A stretch of DNA of 64,000 bases from the human T2T-CHM13v2.0 reference genome, Homo sapiens (GCF_009914755.1 NC_060942.1); one strand, 5' to 3'; positions 1 through 18,366 are shown, counted from the first letter of the stretch. A program made the numbers and translations. The notes: generated by a model from the sequence alone, not told the origin.

Positions 1-3000
1 CAGGTTCTCTGCACTGTGAATTTTGCTGACACAGCGGAGGAGCAGATGACTGGTTCCTACAACTGTACAGCCTTCCTTGAAATCATAGCTTTTGGGGTTA
101 AACACTTGTGAATTTCTTTTGCACATGGCATTTGCTTTTGAAATGCCTTTAGTCAAATACACCAGAGCAACTCCCAGCTGAGACCATTTGAGCACAGTTC
201 CTAGTGGGGCCACATTCAGAGCAAGCCTCTCGCCGGCTCACTCAGTTGAGCTGTTGCTTAGACACCACAAGTTTCTACAAGGGACTTATGGGGAACGGCC
301 CTCAGGGGTCCTGGTTCACATCTCAGCTTTATTCATGTGCTGGAAGCACAAACAGCGAGTCCAGGGAGGGATTCTGCTAATCAGATGAGTCTGCTCTTGT
401 GTCTCTTTCTTAGGAGACAAATACCTGTATGTAATTGCTTCAAGAACTCCATTTGGTTCTGATCATTACCAATGAATATAACTGAAGGAGCACCAAAGAT
501 CAGGCATAACCTCGGGCCAGTTCATTCTGAAAATGATGTCGTAAAAAGAGTATGTGTGAGAGAAATCTCCTTCCCAAGTTTTTAACCAGATCTCGTCACA
601 ATGAGGAGAATGCTATAATCTATCTCATGGTACATTTTTGGAGCTTAATTCTAGCATACTCCTCCAAGTACACTCACAATTGTAGCTGAGTCAAGACTGC
701 TAAATGAACAGATAGGAGAACTTATATTAGACTAATATCCTTGACACGAAGCAGGGTTCATTGTAATAAAAACGGCAAACAGATAAATCTTCTACCAAAA
801 CCAAAGATGGAAAGTCACTGCACCAGTCTCCTGGAACTTCATAAAATCAATTTCACTGGAGCAACCAGAAGGGTCATGGAGATGTATACCACTCGCTTGG
901 GCTCGTAGGTTTTTGACTGGGGATGCCTCTACACTTTGTAAGTCATTTCTCCCTTCAAAAATTGTATTATATCTTTAATATATGTGTATTTTTCAATGCG
1001 AGGGAGGAATTACTATGAACCAAAGATATCTTTTGGCTCCTTCTGAAAGTGACTCAGTTTGAATTCCATTCAGATTTGTACAGATAAATAGATGGTCACC
1101 ATTTCTGCATCAGGTTGGAAGAGACCAATGATAAAGGAACCCAACGTAAGGAATAGCAGTTCTGAAAATAGACAAAGCCTAGAGGAGGTATCCATTTCAC
1201 TGAGAGATTACACGAGGGGACTTATTTTTTATGTTCCCAATTTTTTCTTCTGATAATATTAATCAATGTACACATGATTGATGCATGATATTACACTTAA
1301 AATGCAGGAGAGTACAAAACAACCTTGATCCAATAGTTTCCTATTCTGGGGGGTGGGGGCAGAGGCGGAAAAGAAAACACATCTTTCACTTACTTATTGA
1401 ACAAACAATAAGCACTCAGAACTAATTTATTTATGCAGGTTGCAAATATGTATGAAGCAATAGGTTCTGGCCACTGCCACAATTTGAAATCAATAAAATA
1501 AGAAATATATATTTATATATGAGGGAAGATGCTGTTTGATAGAGCATGTGAAATCAATGGAAACATATTTATTAAAAGTAAACCTCACCTTTTTCACCAA
1601 ATAGTAACTAGAGAACTAGTCCTAGTATCTTGCGTAATTCTTCTCTGTCTTCATTGGGAAATTATGTTTGAAAATCTTTCATCACCTATAAAATGGTGAG
1701 CCTCTTGTACTTTCTATTCAGTGTAGAAAGAGTGGACTGATAAATAACTTTACATTGTTGGTAGTAGTTTCTACAGATCCAGTTTATTGCATGTCGTATC
1801 TTTATTGTAGATATTAAAAACACATGATAAAAATTGATGTGTGCCCCTCCTTGTTTGGCCAGTATCACAGAAAACTTTGTAAAAAAGCATGGGGACCCTA
1901 CTCCCTAGATTATTTGAGCCATTTACTAAAATTGGCCATTAGTGATACAGTGAAAACAAGCTAAGGAAATGATATTCTCCTAAAAAGTTATATTCCAGTT
2001 TTGATTATTATAACACAGCACAATAAATGGGCAGTATACGTCTAATGGAACTGAGATTTAAGGCTTTAACAATTCGTGTTTTAAAATATTATATTGAAGA
2101 CTGCACAAAGAGAAAATTATACATGTTTCTCCAATCCTGTGATCATGTCTGTAAATACCTTGCAATTTCAAATTACTTCATCCGTCATTAACTATATGAT
2201 CTCCCAAACACAGCCTTCTCAAAATCGATAAAAATTTGCCACTGAATATGCATTAATAGCTATAACAATGGGTGACATGCCACACAAATTTAGCTTATGC
2301 AATTTATGGGGTGTGTGTTTGCAGACTATGAAATGTATGAAGTGCAGTCTCCCATGGAGAGAATAGAGAGGCAGGATGGCAACTAGTCATGAACGCAACA
2401 ATTTAGGTTAAATGATAAAGAATACAATGAAATGTCCAGAGTAACACTTGGTCTCTACCTTTCTAACATTCTAACCCAAGGCCAGTGTCATGGGCTTGGC
2501 TTTCTTCCCTGTCGCCTCATACTGAGTATGCAATTTACAGAGGACATCTGTTGCTTTATGTCTTAAGGCCACTAGAGGAAGTCACTACATTCCCAACAAA
2601 GATGTGTCTTTCGGCTTAGTGAAAAACATTTAACAAGAAACAATGTGTAACCAAGTCCCCACAGTAAAATGTGTCTTCAGAAACATGAGAATCACTTTTA
2701 TATAGCCAACCTCATTTGAATTTTATCATGAACATAAATTATCGGTGAGACTGGTGTGCGGGGCTGGATCTGTGAGACAAGCTCACACTCTCATGTGTGC
2801 ATTCTCTATTAACATATTTGGAAGATTGCCCACATTTTCTCTGCAGACCTGCCACAAATCCTTACCTTCTTACTGAAGAATGTGACTATTGTAGCATTCG
2901 TGCAATTATGCCAGCAGAGGAGGCACTAGACAGTTTATAGACTCTTATGGAAGTTGGGCACATTTCCCAGGCAGGTGGAATGCTAGCTAGATCTAGAAGC

Positions 3001-4805
3001 ACCCTTAAAGGTCATGTAGAATCAAGGTCCCACTTTATGTTTCCCTTGGGAGAAAACTGAAACCCATGGATGCTGTAATTTGTTTAACGGCAAAGAAAGA
3101 GCCAAGAATTGTTTCTCGTAGTTCCAGGCTCCTGATCTAGGAATGTTTCCTTGGCTCCATGGCATCTCCCAGTTTGACATAGTGGGAGCTGAGAAATGCC
3201 ATATGGCCTCAAAATAAATAAACCCTTGTACATTTAAGTGTTTTCCCAGATTTTCAGATGCCTCTACTCTTGCTGAACTCATCACCAGCTGTATCAGTAG
3301 AGAGGTGTTATGGGGCAATTCATTAGATTTCTGGTAGGTCATGAATGGTTGGCATAAGCTTTATTTACTCATATATTGTCATCCAGTTCTTTGAAATTCA
3401 ATCTTATCCTAAAGTGGTAGTCAAAGTAAAACACATTAAGTAGGTGTTTGTGTTTAGCAGTCCTACTAATTCATCACAATCACATAGTAATTGTGATTAT
3501 AATTTTTGGAATCTTTATCACTTTCTAGCACTTTACGGTGTCATTATTTATGGCATTTTTAACAACTTTGTTGCATAATTGATAACATCAGGGCTACATT
3601 TTTTTCATGTGAGCCTCAAGAAGCTTCCATTATCAACAAGAATTGGGGAAATGACTTTTTTACATTATAATACCTTATATATTAGGTTTTTCCTGATAAT
3701 CTTCAGTAGACAATGATTTAAATTAACTGAAGTTTAAATAAGAAATATGTTAAAATTACTAAATAATATGAAAACCACATTATACTTGTAATTTTCAGAC
3801 ACTTTTCTCCTACCTTAAGATTTTAACATCTTGTAAATATTAATATTTGAAGGGGAGAGGAAAAATACATTTGTAGTAGAAATATTCCCTCTAACAATTC
3901 TGTTTAACTAGTAAGTTTTTTTTAAGTTATCTTCCATGCCTGCTTCCCTAGTCTGAACTCCACATTCCAGTTGTCAGAAGAATGAATGGATTTAAATTTT
4001 CTAATCATTATTTTGGGCCCATGTTAGCAGTTGAAACAATTAAGTTCCTCACTCTTTCCTGCTTTTAGGATGATTTTAGACTGTGAGCATAAAATCAACC
4101 CTTTCTGTCAGCACAGAATTGAACATCGAATGGAGCAAGGTCTACACTCTCAGCCTGTAGCTGTGCTAATGTTAGGATTGAATTGTTCTATTAATTCCCT
4201 CAAGAGACCCACAGCCTCAAAAGAGTTGCTTATTATCAGATGTCCGAAATTCAGAAACCCAAAGTCAGGCAAAGAAGGAAACTGAGATAATGATTTAATT
4301 TTTTTAAGTCACTGCAGGATTTCTCTCAAAGAAAACATCTGAAAATGGTTGAGAAAGTAGTTCCAGATCATTAACTATTTTACAGAGGGACTGAAAGCCA
4401 GGGAAAATAAAGAACAGAATGATAGTAGTATCTTGATATTAAATTTGCATCAGAAATGAGCAAAATATGTCAATATGAAATAATTTGAAATCAAATTCAG
4501 ATTCACATGTATAGTGCATAGTTCAAGAAATAATGCTTACTCTTGTAAAAAAAAAATATATATATATATATATGTATCAGCAGGTAGAGTGTGGGAGCTC
4601 CAACTTTGTTGTGAAAGCTGATAACAGAGTATGATTCTTTCCAGTTACAAAATACTGTATTACTTTAGTTATAGCAAGCAGTACATAAATGACATCAACA
4701 ACTCAGGCTGCTCCCTGACATAAAAGCCAGTTCCATCTTTACTGCAGATGACAGGAGACTTTCCAAGACCTGCAGAGGCCCCCTCCACCCCAACCTTAGT
4801 GCATG

Positions 4806-4844
<39 letters not shown>

Positions 4845-5900
4845 TTTTGGCTTTTGACCCACTCTGTGTGTTCCACTGAAGTTATCTTTTCCTTAATAGA
4901 TTCACACAGAATTACCCCATCCTGCAAAATCCTTATCCCTATGAATCTCTAAAATATATTAAATAATGTGTTATATATTTGCTTTTTGTAAATCTTTATT
5001 TAATTAATTTATATATACTTTGTGAAGTCTTATACTGTACATCATAAAGCGATGTCATCTGTAGTTGGTTCAATATAATGTTTATGATCATTTTGATAAG
5101 AAATAACTTTGGACATTAGGCCCTTGTTAAGAAATAAAACACCCATTATAAATTTGCTTCTGTTGGAAAATACATGATTTGGCATACTTCATTTTTAGTA
5201 ACAATCTATTCTAGATAAATGATAATTTGGGGACATCTGTACTTAAAAACTAGCTGAACTACGTTTTGGGATGAGATGCAAAGCAACAGCTGTCCCTGGA
5301 ACTGAAATGTGAATTTCTAGCAGAACAGAAAATATTATAATAATGAGGCAATAATAAAATTAGGAAATTAAATTATTTTTAAATCTGTCTGTGTGATTTT
5401 TCCCCTTGGTAAAAATACATGAAATACATAATTGAAAAATTACCTTCTTCTGAAGTCGTAGTTTTTAATCTTAACCATCAATAAATAAACCTATTGTTAA
5501 CAATGTCTTATTCATAATTCTAAAAAATTTACAAATGATATTGCTATGAGGTTGTGCACTATTAAAGTTTGCTCCATCACTTAAAGGTAAAGCAGTTCAA
5601 AAATACTACTTTACATCACAACTTTGCATGGCTGAGATTTTGAACAACTAAATTGATGGTTTTACCCACAAGTTATTTCATAAAGCTAACACTGTAATAT
5701 TACTTGGTTTTCTTATACTTTTGTTATCATGTGATGAAATGTAACTATGTAATTAAACAAAATTCTGACAATCATATTCTGCTAATGTTTAAAATGTTAC
5801 TTATTCCTTCACTTATTAGCTTGCTATTTTGAAAATAAAGTGAAAGAAGGCCCTTTATTAAATGAAAGGTTACCGATAATTTATTATGTATTTCCAACGT
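1..5900 (+). other. DOK6: Probable distal part of the long DOK6 3'UTR, convergent with CD226
   Basis: Known gene order at this locus; AT-rich, nearly free of interspersed repeats; + strand AATAAA at 1492-1497 and 5834-5839; no coding sequence visible. Confidence 0.55.
4808..4842 (+). repeat. (CA)n microsatellite
   Basis: Directly visible. Confidence 0.95.
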
Positions 5901-5940
5901 TTTCCTAACTCCATCTTTTAATATAATTGAATTTTTATTA

Positions 5941-6370
<430 letters not shown>

Positions 6371-7956
6371 CTACAGAACTCTGCTAATAGCCAAAAAAAA
6401 AAAAAAAAATTGAAAATAAACATCATTTGGTAGATAAAGATTTAACTTCAAAAGTGAAATGCATGCAGCTGTGACTATCATGCTGTTATCAATGGCTTCT
6501 TTTATTTTTCAGCCCATGATTAAGTAGCCTTTGCCACTCAGATTTAGACCTGTCTAGAAATACACTTACAGAATCTGTTTTTCAAACTTAACCTTTAAAT
6601 ATTAGCTGGGCATTTCTTATGGGCTTACTAGATTAATTTGTTATGAGTATTTTTCCTTTTAGAGAATAATGCTTTTAAAGAGAGTGTGAAGCTCCAATAA
6701 TATCAGAGAAATCAAACTAGGTGAGAGAAAAGGAATCAAGCAGTCAGTACTGTTAAAAATGCCCTTCAATGGGTAAGTCTGGGCCAAATTCATGAATTGA
6801 AGAAAACAATGAAAAATGTATGAGACCTTTCCATTTTATGCAGCCAATAGAAGTTTGAAAAATGTTCAGGGGTGGCAATGATGATGAAATCACCCATTCT
6901 TTGTCAATATTGAATGAAATACAGCTTATTCTGAATATGAATTTTTAGTGATACATTTTCGTAACAAATTGGTTGTATGAACTTGATGAATTTTCTTTCC
7001 CTTTTTGTCACTATTAAAATCATGGAGACTATATTTACTTGGGAAAATGTATTTAGAAATAATGTAAAGGTTTATATAAGCTTAGAGCTAACATCAAAGA
7101 AGGTATTTAATAAATATACGTCACGAGGCACAGCTCAATAGCAATTATGCTGCTATTTTCGTAATGTACAAAGAACATCAACTCTTTCTACTTCCAGTTT
7201 AGTCAAGAAATATATTTTTAAAAGATTTATCTAATATTAGCATCCATATGGTGAATTATTAAAATAAATATTTGAGTAAGAGCTGCATAGAATATCAAAA
7301 CATTCATGGAAGTATGAATTACACTAATATGTAGGTATCTCTAGGGTATTAGCCTGCTGATTTCATCTGATCTCAAAGGCCAGTCAATCACTACTTTTTG
7401 CGTAACTGCTACCTCCAAAACATGAGTGGAGGACAAACAATATCTCCTGATCTTTCTTCTTGCCTCCTTTTAATTCCATTTGATATGCATCAATGACAGT
7501 ATGGAGCTGTGGCAGCAAATATGTACATGGCTTTCTGTAGGAGACATGAAAATGGATAGAAGTAAGGAAGGAAGGAAGGCAAGAGAGACCATCCTCACTA
7601 GCTCCCTAAATTCCTTTCTCAAAGCTATGTCTGAACTTCTCTTTCCTTCTTCCTCCTCCTCCTTCTCCTCTTTCTCTTCCCCTCCCCCGGCCACCCCACC
7701 CAACAAATAGGCTGCATTTTAATCACAAAAAAATTATTAGACACACAGTCTAACCTAACTCCAAAATTGTCTCTTGTTATTTGAATTGTATAAATGTTTT
7801 AAAGCCTCTTTTTTAAAAAAAGAAAAAATTTATTAGATGCCATAATCTAACAGAACTCCAAATGTATCTGTTGCTACTTGAGCTCTATACATTTTTAAAA
7901 CCTCATTTTAAAAAAATCCTCTATTTCTTCCTCTCTTGACACAAACTTGCATATAA

Positions 7957-8387
<431 letters not shown>

Positions 8388-8811
8388 TGAGAAAGCCAAA
8401 GGGGGAAAATATTATTCCGAAATTCAATTTTAAAAGCATGAGCTGAATGTTCTAATTACTGGGAATTCAAAAATGGGTAAGATTTGGTCCCTTCTGTAAG
8501 ATTTGGCTCACCATCCGGAGAGGAAGCGTATTCCTCAAGCCATGAGGCAGGTATACTTAGTCTAATCTTGCTTAATGACTGTCCTTTGAGTACCATTTGA
8601 CTTAAGAAATTCCTTTCTTGTTCCAATATCTATTAAAAGTTACAGATAACCTGTTGTTTTTAGGTAACCTGCTGTTTTTGAGGCTTACGGTTTTTAACAA
8701 ATCCAAGTACACTTCAAAGAGCCAAATATAGAGCTAGAAATTCATGCTACCCCCCAAAAAATAAATTAAGACCACTACTCAGAAATAACCCATTTTACTT
8801 ACTGTAACTAG

Positions 8812-9266
<455 letters not shown>

Positions 9267-10099
9267 TGGCATTCTAAATTCTAAAATGCATGGATCATCA
9301 AGAGATCTGACTAGGAAATGTAACTAAAATGGAATTGTTATAAGTTTAGAATTTGTAAGTGGGATGAGTAGGCATTTAATGGGAGATAATGTCCATTGCA
9401 TTTTTAAGATTATGCACAACTTAGACTGATTTGGGGTGACAATTGGTATCTCAGGTAAAACCAACATTACATATAGTACAAAATGTTCTCTAAATTCATG
9501 AACAAAACATAACTCCATCCTTCATGTGACATTTGTAGTGTCCAACTCTTTAATGGAGATGTTAAACACATAGGTATCTAAGAGACACTATACGCCAAGA
9601 GATGTTACATGATGGTGTTTTACCTTGTAAATGATAACATGTTGATGGTATGTTTAACCATGTGTTTAACTTAAGCTTATGGGTGGGGTTTGGGACATTA
9701 TTTTTAATATATAAGAACACTGTGATCTCTCATGTAGTTCAGATCATTACCGTTGACTATTTAGTAAAAGAGATCGCATTTGACTTTTTTTGTTTCTATC
9801 TAGACACAATATTCTTCCTGAAGCTAAAATGCCATGTGATTCTTACTGGTCAGTTATTATTTAAGCTTTTTCTTAACCTGGAAAAGATAGTAACATGTTT
9901 TGGGCAGTATTGGGTTCGTTTGTTCATTTGTTTATCTATACTGACAGAAAATATTCAACACTACTTCCACTAAACTGTAGAGAGAAAAGGGGTTCAGCTT
10001 TAAGAAATTATTAAATGATCTGTTTATAAAAGCTTTGCACTATTTACATATGACCATATGGAGTGAACAAACTATGAGGCAAGTCTGTAGACGTAGGTC

Positions 10100-10105
10100 T
10101 TTATT
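10100..10105 (-). terminator. CD226: Distal poly(A) signal AATAAA, candidate end of long CD226 3'UTR
   Basis: tttatt on + strand. Confidence 0.5.
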
Positions 10106-10892
10106 TCACATTAAAATGACTCTCACACATTCTTAAAAAACATTCCACAAACAAACGTTGCATAAAAGGCCTCAGGACGTATAGACCTTCTGCCCTCTGT
10201 TGTGTTCATCTTCCTTCCTATTGTGTTTTTTTCTCAGAAGCCTAATATCTAAATATATAGACATAGAACCCTTGACAATGCTTTACTTCTGTGGCTCCTC
10301 TTACCCATGGAGTCTTCTAATTCTCATTTACCTTTTGTGCAACTAAACCTTAAAATGAATTAATATTGAACACATATGATGAGTGAAACACCACCATGTG
10401 ACTCATATTTCATTTTAACAGAATTTCCCCCAAAAAATGCTTGTGAAATCTGGTGCTTTAGACTGAGCTCTGTGATGAGTGAGCATCCCCAGCAGTTCAT
10501 CTTTAGTTTATTTCCAATCGCATAGACTTGACATGTTATCTCCTTGTGGCTTGTGCTACAAATTTTCCTTATTACCTTTTGCCTCTGGACTTGAATATTT
10601 GTATAAGGCCTGATGTTGATCCAAGCACAGACAGTGAAACTCAGTATGATCTACTCATCTTCAGTTTGATGTCTATACTTCATTTCATATTTATTTAAAA
10701 AATAAATATGTGCTTCATTTTGGATCATGATTTATAAAGATGAGCCAAAGAGCAGCCTAGACGAGAGCAAGTCATATGGAATGGAGTCCAGCAACAGGAA
10801 CCCTAGTGCAGTATCAGAAAGTCAGGGCAAAGAGACAGGTCAGAAACCACGATAACAAAAAACATATGTGTTAAAATGTTTATACATGGAGA

Positions 10893-13700
10893 TCGACTTC
10901 TGCCTTTAGTGTCATCATGTTAAGAGCATGGAAGATGTTGCTGCCATGCTTATAACAAGACAAAGCTGGAAAGTTGGAAAGCTGAAAATCAATGACTTTT
11001 CTTATTAGACCTATTAGAGAACCAAGGTCCTGAGCAAACTGCCACCCCAAAATCTGGAGATACAGATACATCCAGAGAGATACGCAACCAATAGCCATTT
11101 ATCTGGAGTCAAAGCACTGGAGCCATAAACTAGTATGAGCCTTTATATGGTAAGTTGGGTGAATTGCTGGCATCTGTTTGTGGACTGGTGTGAGCAAGAA
11201 ACCCATGGGGGCTGTGCTCTTGAGGCACTCCACACATTCAAGGGCTTTTCCAGTAGGAAACTCCAAGGTTCTCATTATGAGGATCCAAGAAAAATTTCCT
11301 CGTGGCTCTGGCAACAGATAGAGAGGGACATCCATTGAGAAATAAGCCATGAACCTTCTTGGTAACAAAGATGGAAAGGACTCTGCCAAGCACAATTCCC
11401 AAACCTCATCCCAGCCCCTGAAGTCTCCCTGTCCCACTTAAGGAAAGAGGGAAAATAACAGTCAACAGGGGGCAGGCCTTCAAAGAAATACATTGGGAAT
11501 GCTGCAGCCAGGAAAGAGAGTTGAGGATGAGGAAGCAATACCACTGGAGAAGCTCTGTGAATGTCCCAGACACAGACCCACTAAAAGACTGAGATTTCAC
11601 TGTAAGATTATAGAGCACTCTCCTTTCCCACAGCTTAGTACTACACCAACAGGGCTCCAGTATAGTAACAGTGAATTGCAGAGGAAAGAGCTGAAAGACA
11701 GAAAGTCTCTCTGAAGAGGAGCACTTAGGGAAGCCTGAACTCAAGAAGGGGAAAAACACATGAACAAACAAAACAAAGACACTAGAGGAATTTGAAGAAA
11801 TTTAGCACCTATGGTTATAACAGACTTTAAACACAGTCTAATAGTTAGTCAGATTAAGATAAGTCTGCAAGCTAAAGACTTATTTACCTGTTCCTATTAC
11901 ATAACACACCAGATCTGGCTTGCAACAAAAAATTCAAAAAAAAATGTCAAAGAACGTCAAAAGGCAAGAAAAGTCATGGTCTGAAGAGATAAAGCAATCA
12001 TTGGAACCAGATAGAGACATGACACGTGTCAGAATTATCAGACATGGAACTTATCATTAATATGTTAAGAGCTCTCATGAAAAAAATAGACAACAGATGG
12101 ATAATGTAAGAAGAAAGATGGAAACACTAAGAAGGAATAAAAAAGAAATGGTAGCAATAAAAAACATAGTAATAGAAAGGAAGGATATCTTTGATGCAAT
12201 TATCAGTTGACTTGGAACCCCGAAGGAAGAATGAATGACTTTGAAGCTAGGCCAATAGAAACTTTTCAAACTAAAATTCAAAGAGTGGGAAAAACCCAGA
12301 ATATTCAAGACTATGGAATAATTGAAGAAGAAGAAAGAATGGAGCAAAAGAATGTTAGAAGTAATAACGTCTGGGAACTTGCCAAAATTAGTGATAGACA
12401 CCAACTCAGGTAGCTCAGATAACACTAAATAGAATAAATACCAAAAAAAAGAGGGGAAAAGGAGAAAAACCTAGGTTGATCAATGAAAGATATGCCACGA
12501 GAGAAAATTAAATCATGTAAAAACCCCAGTTAAAATCAGAGAACACAGAAAAAGGAGTGAGGATAAAAAAGAAAGAACGAGTGCAAGGATAGAAAAGTTA
12601 CAAACATAGTAGATATTAATCCAACTATATCAATAATCACTTAAATTTGAATAATCTAAATGTACCAATTAGAAGTGGTGGGTTTAAACACACAAAAAAG
12701 ATGAATGTTAGAGGTGACAGATATCACGATTACCCAATATGATCATTACATATTGTATACAGGTATCAAAACATCACATGTACCCCCCAAATATATACAA
12801 CTCCTATATATCTACAACATTTTTAAGTAAGAAAAGTGGGGAAATTACAAATAGACGCAACTATACATTGTCTATAAGAAAGGCACATTAAATATAAATA
12901 TTTAGATAATTTAAAATTAAAAGGATAAAGATGTGAGATGCTAATGTTAATTTTTTAAAAAACTGAAAGTTATGTTAATATCAGAAAAAGCAGACAGAAC
13001 AAGAAAGATTATCAAGAATAAAAGGGACATTACATGTGGTAAAGGGGTCAATTCTCCAAGAAAACCTAACGATTCTGAAAGTATATGTACTAACAAGAGT
13101 ATCAAGATACATGAGACAAAAACTAACAAAACTGCAAGGAGAAATAGAAAAATCCACTATTTTACTTGCAGTCTTTAACGAGACTTGATCACTTGATCTG
13201 TCAGTATGTGATAGATCAAGAAGAGGGAAAATCAGAAAGGATATAGATAATCTGAACGGTGGTATCAATCAGTTTAATCTAATGGACATTTGTAGAATAT
13301 TACACTCAACAGCAGAATGAACATTCTTCTTAAGATCACATGAAACATTCTACAAGATAGACCATATTCTGGGCCATAAAATACACCTGAAAAATTTAAA
13401 AGAATAGAAATTATACAAAGAATGTTTTTAAAACATGATGAAATTAAGTTAGAAATCTGTAAGAGATATAAAGTAGAAAAATCCCAAAATATATAGAGAT
13501 TAAACAACACATTGTAAATAATTCATGGCTCAAAGAAGAAATATCAAAAGAAATTTTAAAATATTTTGGACTAAATGAAAATAAAAATAGAGCTTACCAA
13601 AACTTGTGGAACAAAGTGAAATTTATAGCATTAAGTGCCACTATTGGAAAAGAAAACAACATATAAAATCAATAATCTAGGCTTCCACCTTAAGAAACTA
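10893..13700 (+). mobile_element. Old L1M: 5'UTR, decayed ORF1 and ORF2 endonuclease fragments
   Basis: A-rich L1 signatures (gatagaccatattctgggccataaaa, aatcaataatctaggcttccaccttaagaaacta); ORF1 coiled-coil-like remnants. Confidence 0.75.
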
Positions 13701-13704
13701 AGGA

Positions 13705-14021
<317 letters not shown>

Positions 14022-15308
14022 TTATAAAATAGACATACAAAATTACAGAAAGGTTAGAAGAGTAATCTCTATCTCTAGAAGCTACTGAGCCATTACATTT
14101 CTTTGTACATTTTTTATGTGAGCTAAAATCAAAATTTGCTTCTGAGGACCATTATACGATAAAAATAAAGTGTGGGATAAATCAGCTCAACTGAAGCCAC
14201 ATCCAAAGCTGTTACTCAGAAAACTTAGTATCACTGAGAGTATATTGGAGAGCTCAAAGTCTTACTCAGGCAGCTGATCAAAGAATAATGGTCTTAGTCA
14301 CTGTAAGTACTTTTGGATACCTGGCATAAAGGATGTAATGAATACATGATTGAATAAGGATATATCTTAAGAATGCATTTTCATAAAAACATAAAATCAG
14401 TTGAGATTATGTAAATTTTGAAGAATGAAGAAAGTAAGTTATCATAGCTTCTTCTCAAGTTTTATTTTTATGTCTTACAAATATGGCTGGGCAATACAAC
14501 ACAAGGCTTCCTTTTCAGGAATTTGGAGAACTTATGCTTGGTATTTTAAACTCATGAGAACTTAGTCTAGAAAGGGCCTCCACTTATTTGACCACAGGTA
14601 GAAGATTGGCTCTGCTTTCTTCCTGTAATAATATTGGTTTCTATAGGTCAAATGATACACAGTATAATTTTGTGGCATTTTGATTACAAGTTTTCCATTT
14701 AAAAATGGACAAAAATCAACTTCTTACTTGAAATTTTGGAGGTAGTATGTTACCAAAAAAAATGGTAGTTCTTGTAAAGGTATACCTGTGTCTAGACATA
14801 AGTTGCAGGTTTAAAAATCAATAGATTTGAATAAAGTTAAAGTCTAGAAAAATATGCAATGTATACAGGCGGATGATTAGTAAACCCTAATATCCAAATG
14901 CAATGTCAATAGTGTTACTAAAAATGAACTATCGGCCATTATTGCAAAACTGCCAACTGAGAATATTGATATAGATACTAACTGTATTTATTTGTTTTTT
15001 CAGCAATTTATTTTAAAACAATCTTGGATATATTTAGTTACATCTGGAATAAACTCAGGTATTACACAGGGCCTTGAAACATTTATAAAAGGGTATATTA
15101 AACCCTGCCTTTAAGAAAACTATCATCTGGTCGAGGAGGGACATTTGTCAGTTGAAGTTCTTCAACGAGCCTGGAGGGAATGTCGCAGTGTGTTCTGTTT
15201 GGAAAGTAAGTTGTACCCTGACTGCCACTATGGAAGCTGAAGGGGGAGATACAAGCTGCTGCCTTCCAGATATATTTAAGAGACACTGATTTTGGAATAA
15301 GTCAGTGA

Positions 15309-15878
<570 letters not shown>

Positions 15879-16622
15879 TAATAGACTTATTATTCCTTGT
15901 TATGGGCACTCGTTAAACATTTACAACACGGAAACACATGTCCTTTTGTTCTGGAAAATGTTTTAGAGTGGATTCTAGGTTTCATGTATTCCTCCCCCTT
16001 TTTCTGGATGAAGGGAGACACCAGGATGGCAGTTGTGTGCCTCTCCTTCTAGCCCCAAGTCAAGCTTCTAATGGAGTCTTTCTAAGGAAGTTGACGTTGG
16101 TAGAATTCCTGCTGCATCACAGGGGAGTTTCAGGTCAATTTATGGTAAATACAGAAAAAGTCAGTCCCCAGAATGACAATTATTAGCTCTAGGTGGAAAA
16201 AAAGTTATGTAGGAGGGAAAGCAAAATCATTTTTACCACGTAGTTTAACTAAGAGTACTGGCAAGGTCATAAGAAATAAATGCCAAATATTGATATAATC
16301 ATATTTTAATACAAATATTTCTGAAAGAGACATGAGAAGAGTATTTTATGTGGTGAGTTTGGGGAGAGAAAGACATCTAAATGAATAATGAATGTCTAAA
16401 ATTGAAAAAAAAAAGTATTAGTGTCATAAGCATGCTATTCAGAAAAGTGAACATAAATAAAATAATGAGTTAGAAGTAGTAAAATTTGTTGTCTCAAGGT
16501 AACAAAAATGAGGAAGGGCAAGGGACTACTATGTTTCGGGAAAAACAAAAACAAACAAACAAAAAACCTGTAAAGCCCTTTGACCCTTTGCACTACATGC
16601 ACTTATAAAATACAAAGAACAA

Positions 16623-16955
<333 letters not shown>

Positions 16956-18366
16956 TTACAATGTATCATTGATTTGAATTTTTTCTGCATGTAATTCATC
17001 AGTTAATTTTATTCTGTAGAAATTTTTCCCTGCTATTTCTCCATGGCAAATGAAAGTAGTGATCGTGAAACATTGTGTTTTATTCATTCAAAACAACAGA
17101 ATACAAGACAAAGGAAAATATTTCTATACCCTACAAGAACCAAAAATCCAAAAGTACACACTAACACTAGAAAAAGTGTTCTGAACAGGTTGACCATATA
17201 ACTTGTTCTAACAAGGATAATACGAAATAAACCAGAATTATCCCAGACATTTATTACTCATACTTCCAAATGGACCTTTTCTTACATCTTACAACATAGT
17301 TAGTGCTCTGAATCTGGAAAAATATGTGTAAACCGACCTTGAGGATTTATAAAATGTCCTTAGAAAGCATTGCAGTTAATTCTAGAAGCTATTTTTCTAC
17401 CTATTGAATCACTAGAAATAGAGAAGCTTTTAAAAAAATTAACTTGTTTTTAGTTTTCAGATACATGTTTTAAGAGCCCAGAGTCTTGGCTGGAAGAACT
17501 CTAATGAACAGATCAGTGAAAAAATATACTTATACAGAAGTCTGAAGGTGGAGATCAGTACTTTCTAGATGTTACATTTTAATAGTAGCTAAACTAATGA
17601 TGACATGTTTATATTGTCTTATATTTTTTAAAGATATTTTCTTATCACTGTTGTGAAAAAGAAACTTTGTACTCACAATTTAGCGTCTCCACTTACACTT
17701 TATAAGCATCTTTATAATATCGTCAATCTTGCTGAAATTTCATATAAGCAGTACAAAATACAGTACATCATTATAAATCAAGGAGAAGCATTTTGGTCAC
17801 AGTGATCTCTAATTACAATGTGGACTCTCTCAATTTAGAAAACTACTGTTATACAGCTGTAATTTTTACTTAATGCCATTCTATACAAACCAATATAACT
17901 TGGATGTTCACAATCCACGAATGCCTACTAAAAGTATTTTTACTTACTTTGTCTTTTAAATTGATAACCCATGTATTTTAAGTTTATATATATAGTATTT
18001 TAGTAATACACTGAATTACTTAAAATGTAAATTGGAGTTTTTACTAAAAATTATATCTTCACCTACCTGCCTCCCATTTTAAGCATGATTACAAGTAAAT
18101 GAAATTTCTATTTTATTTTCTCAACATATTATACCTAAAGTTCTTTAAATAAAGTTTGAAGGTATCTCTTATAATAATATAGTCAATGCATAGTCATCAT
18201 AGTTCAATAAGATGTGTTCTTTCCCTGACAAAACTGTGTACTCCATTAACAAGTCTTCCTATCTTATTATAACAAAGTAATTTCCTTTCATTGGTTACTT
18301 TAACATAAATATTAATGGCATTCAAAGGAAGCATAGATTCTTAATGTATTATCCATCGATATAAAT

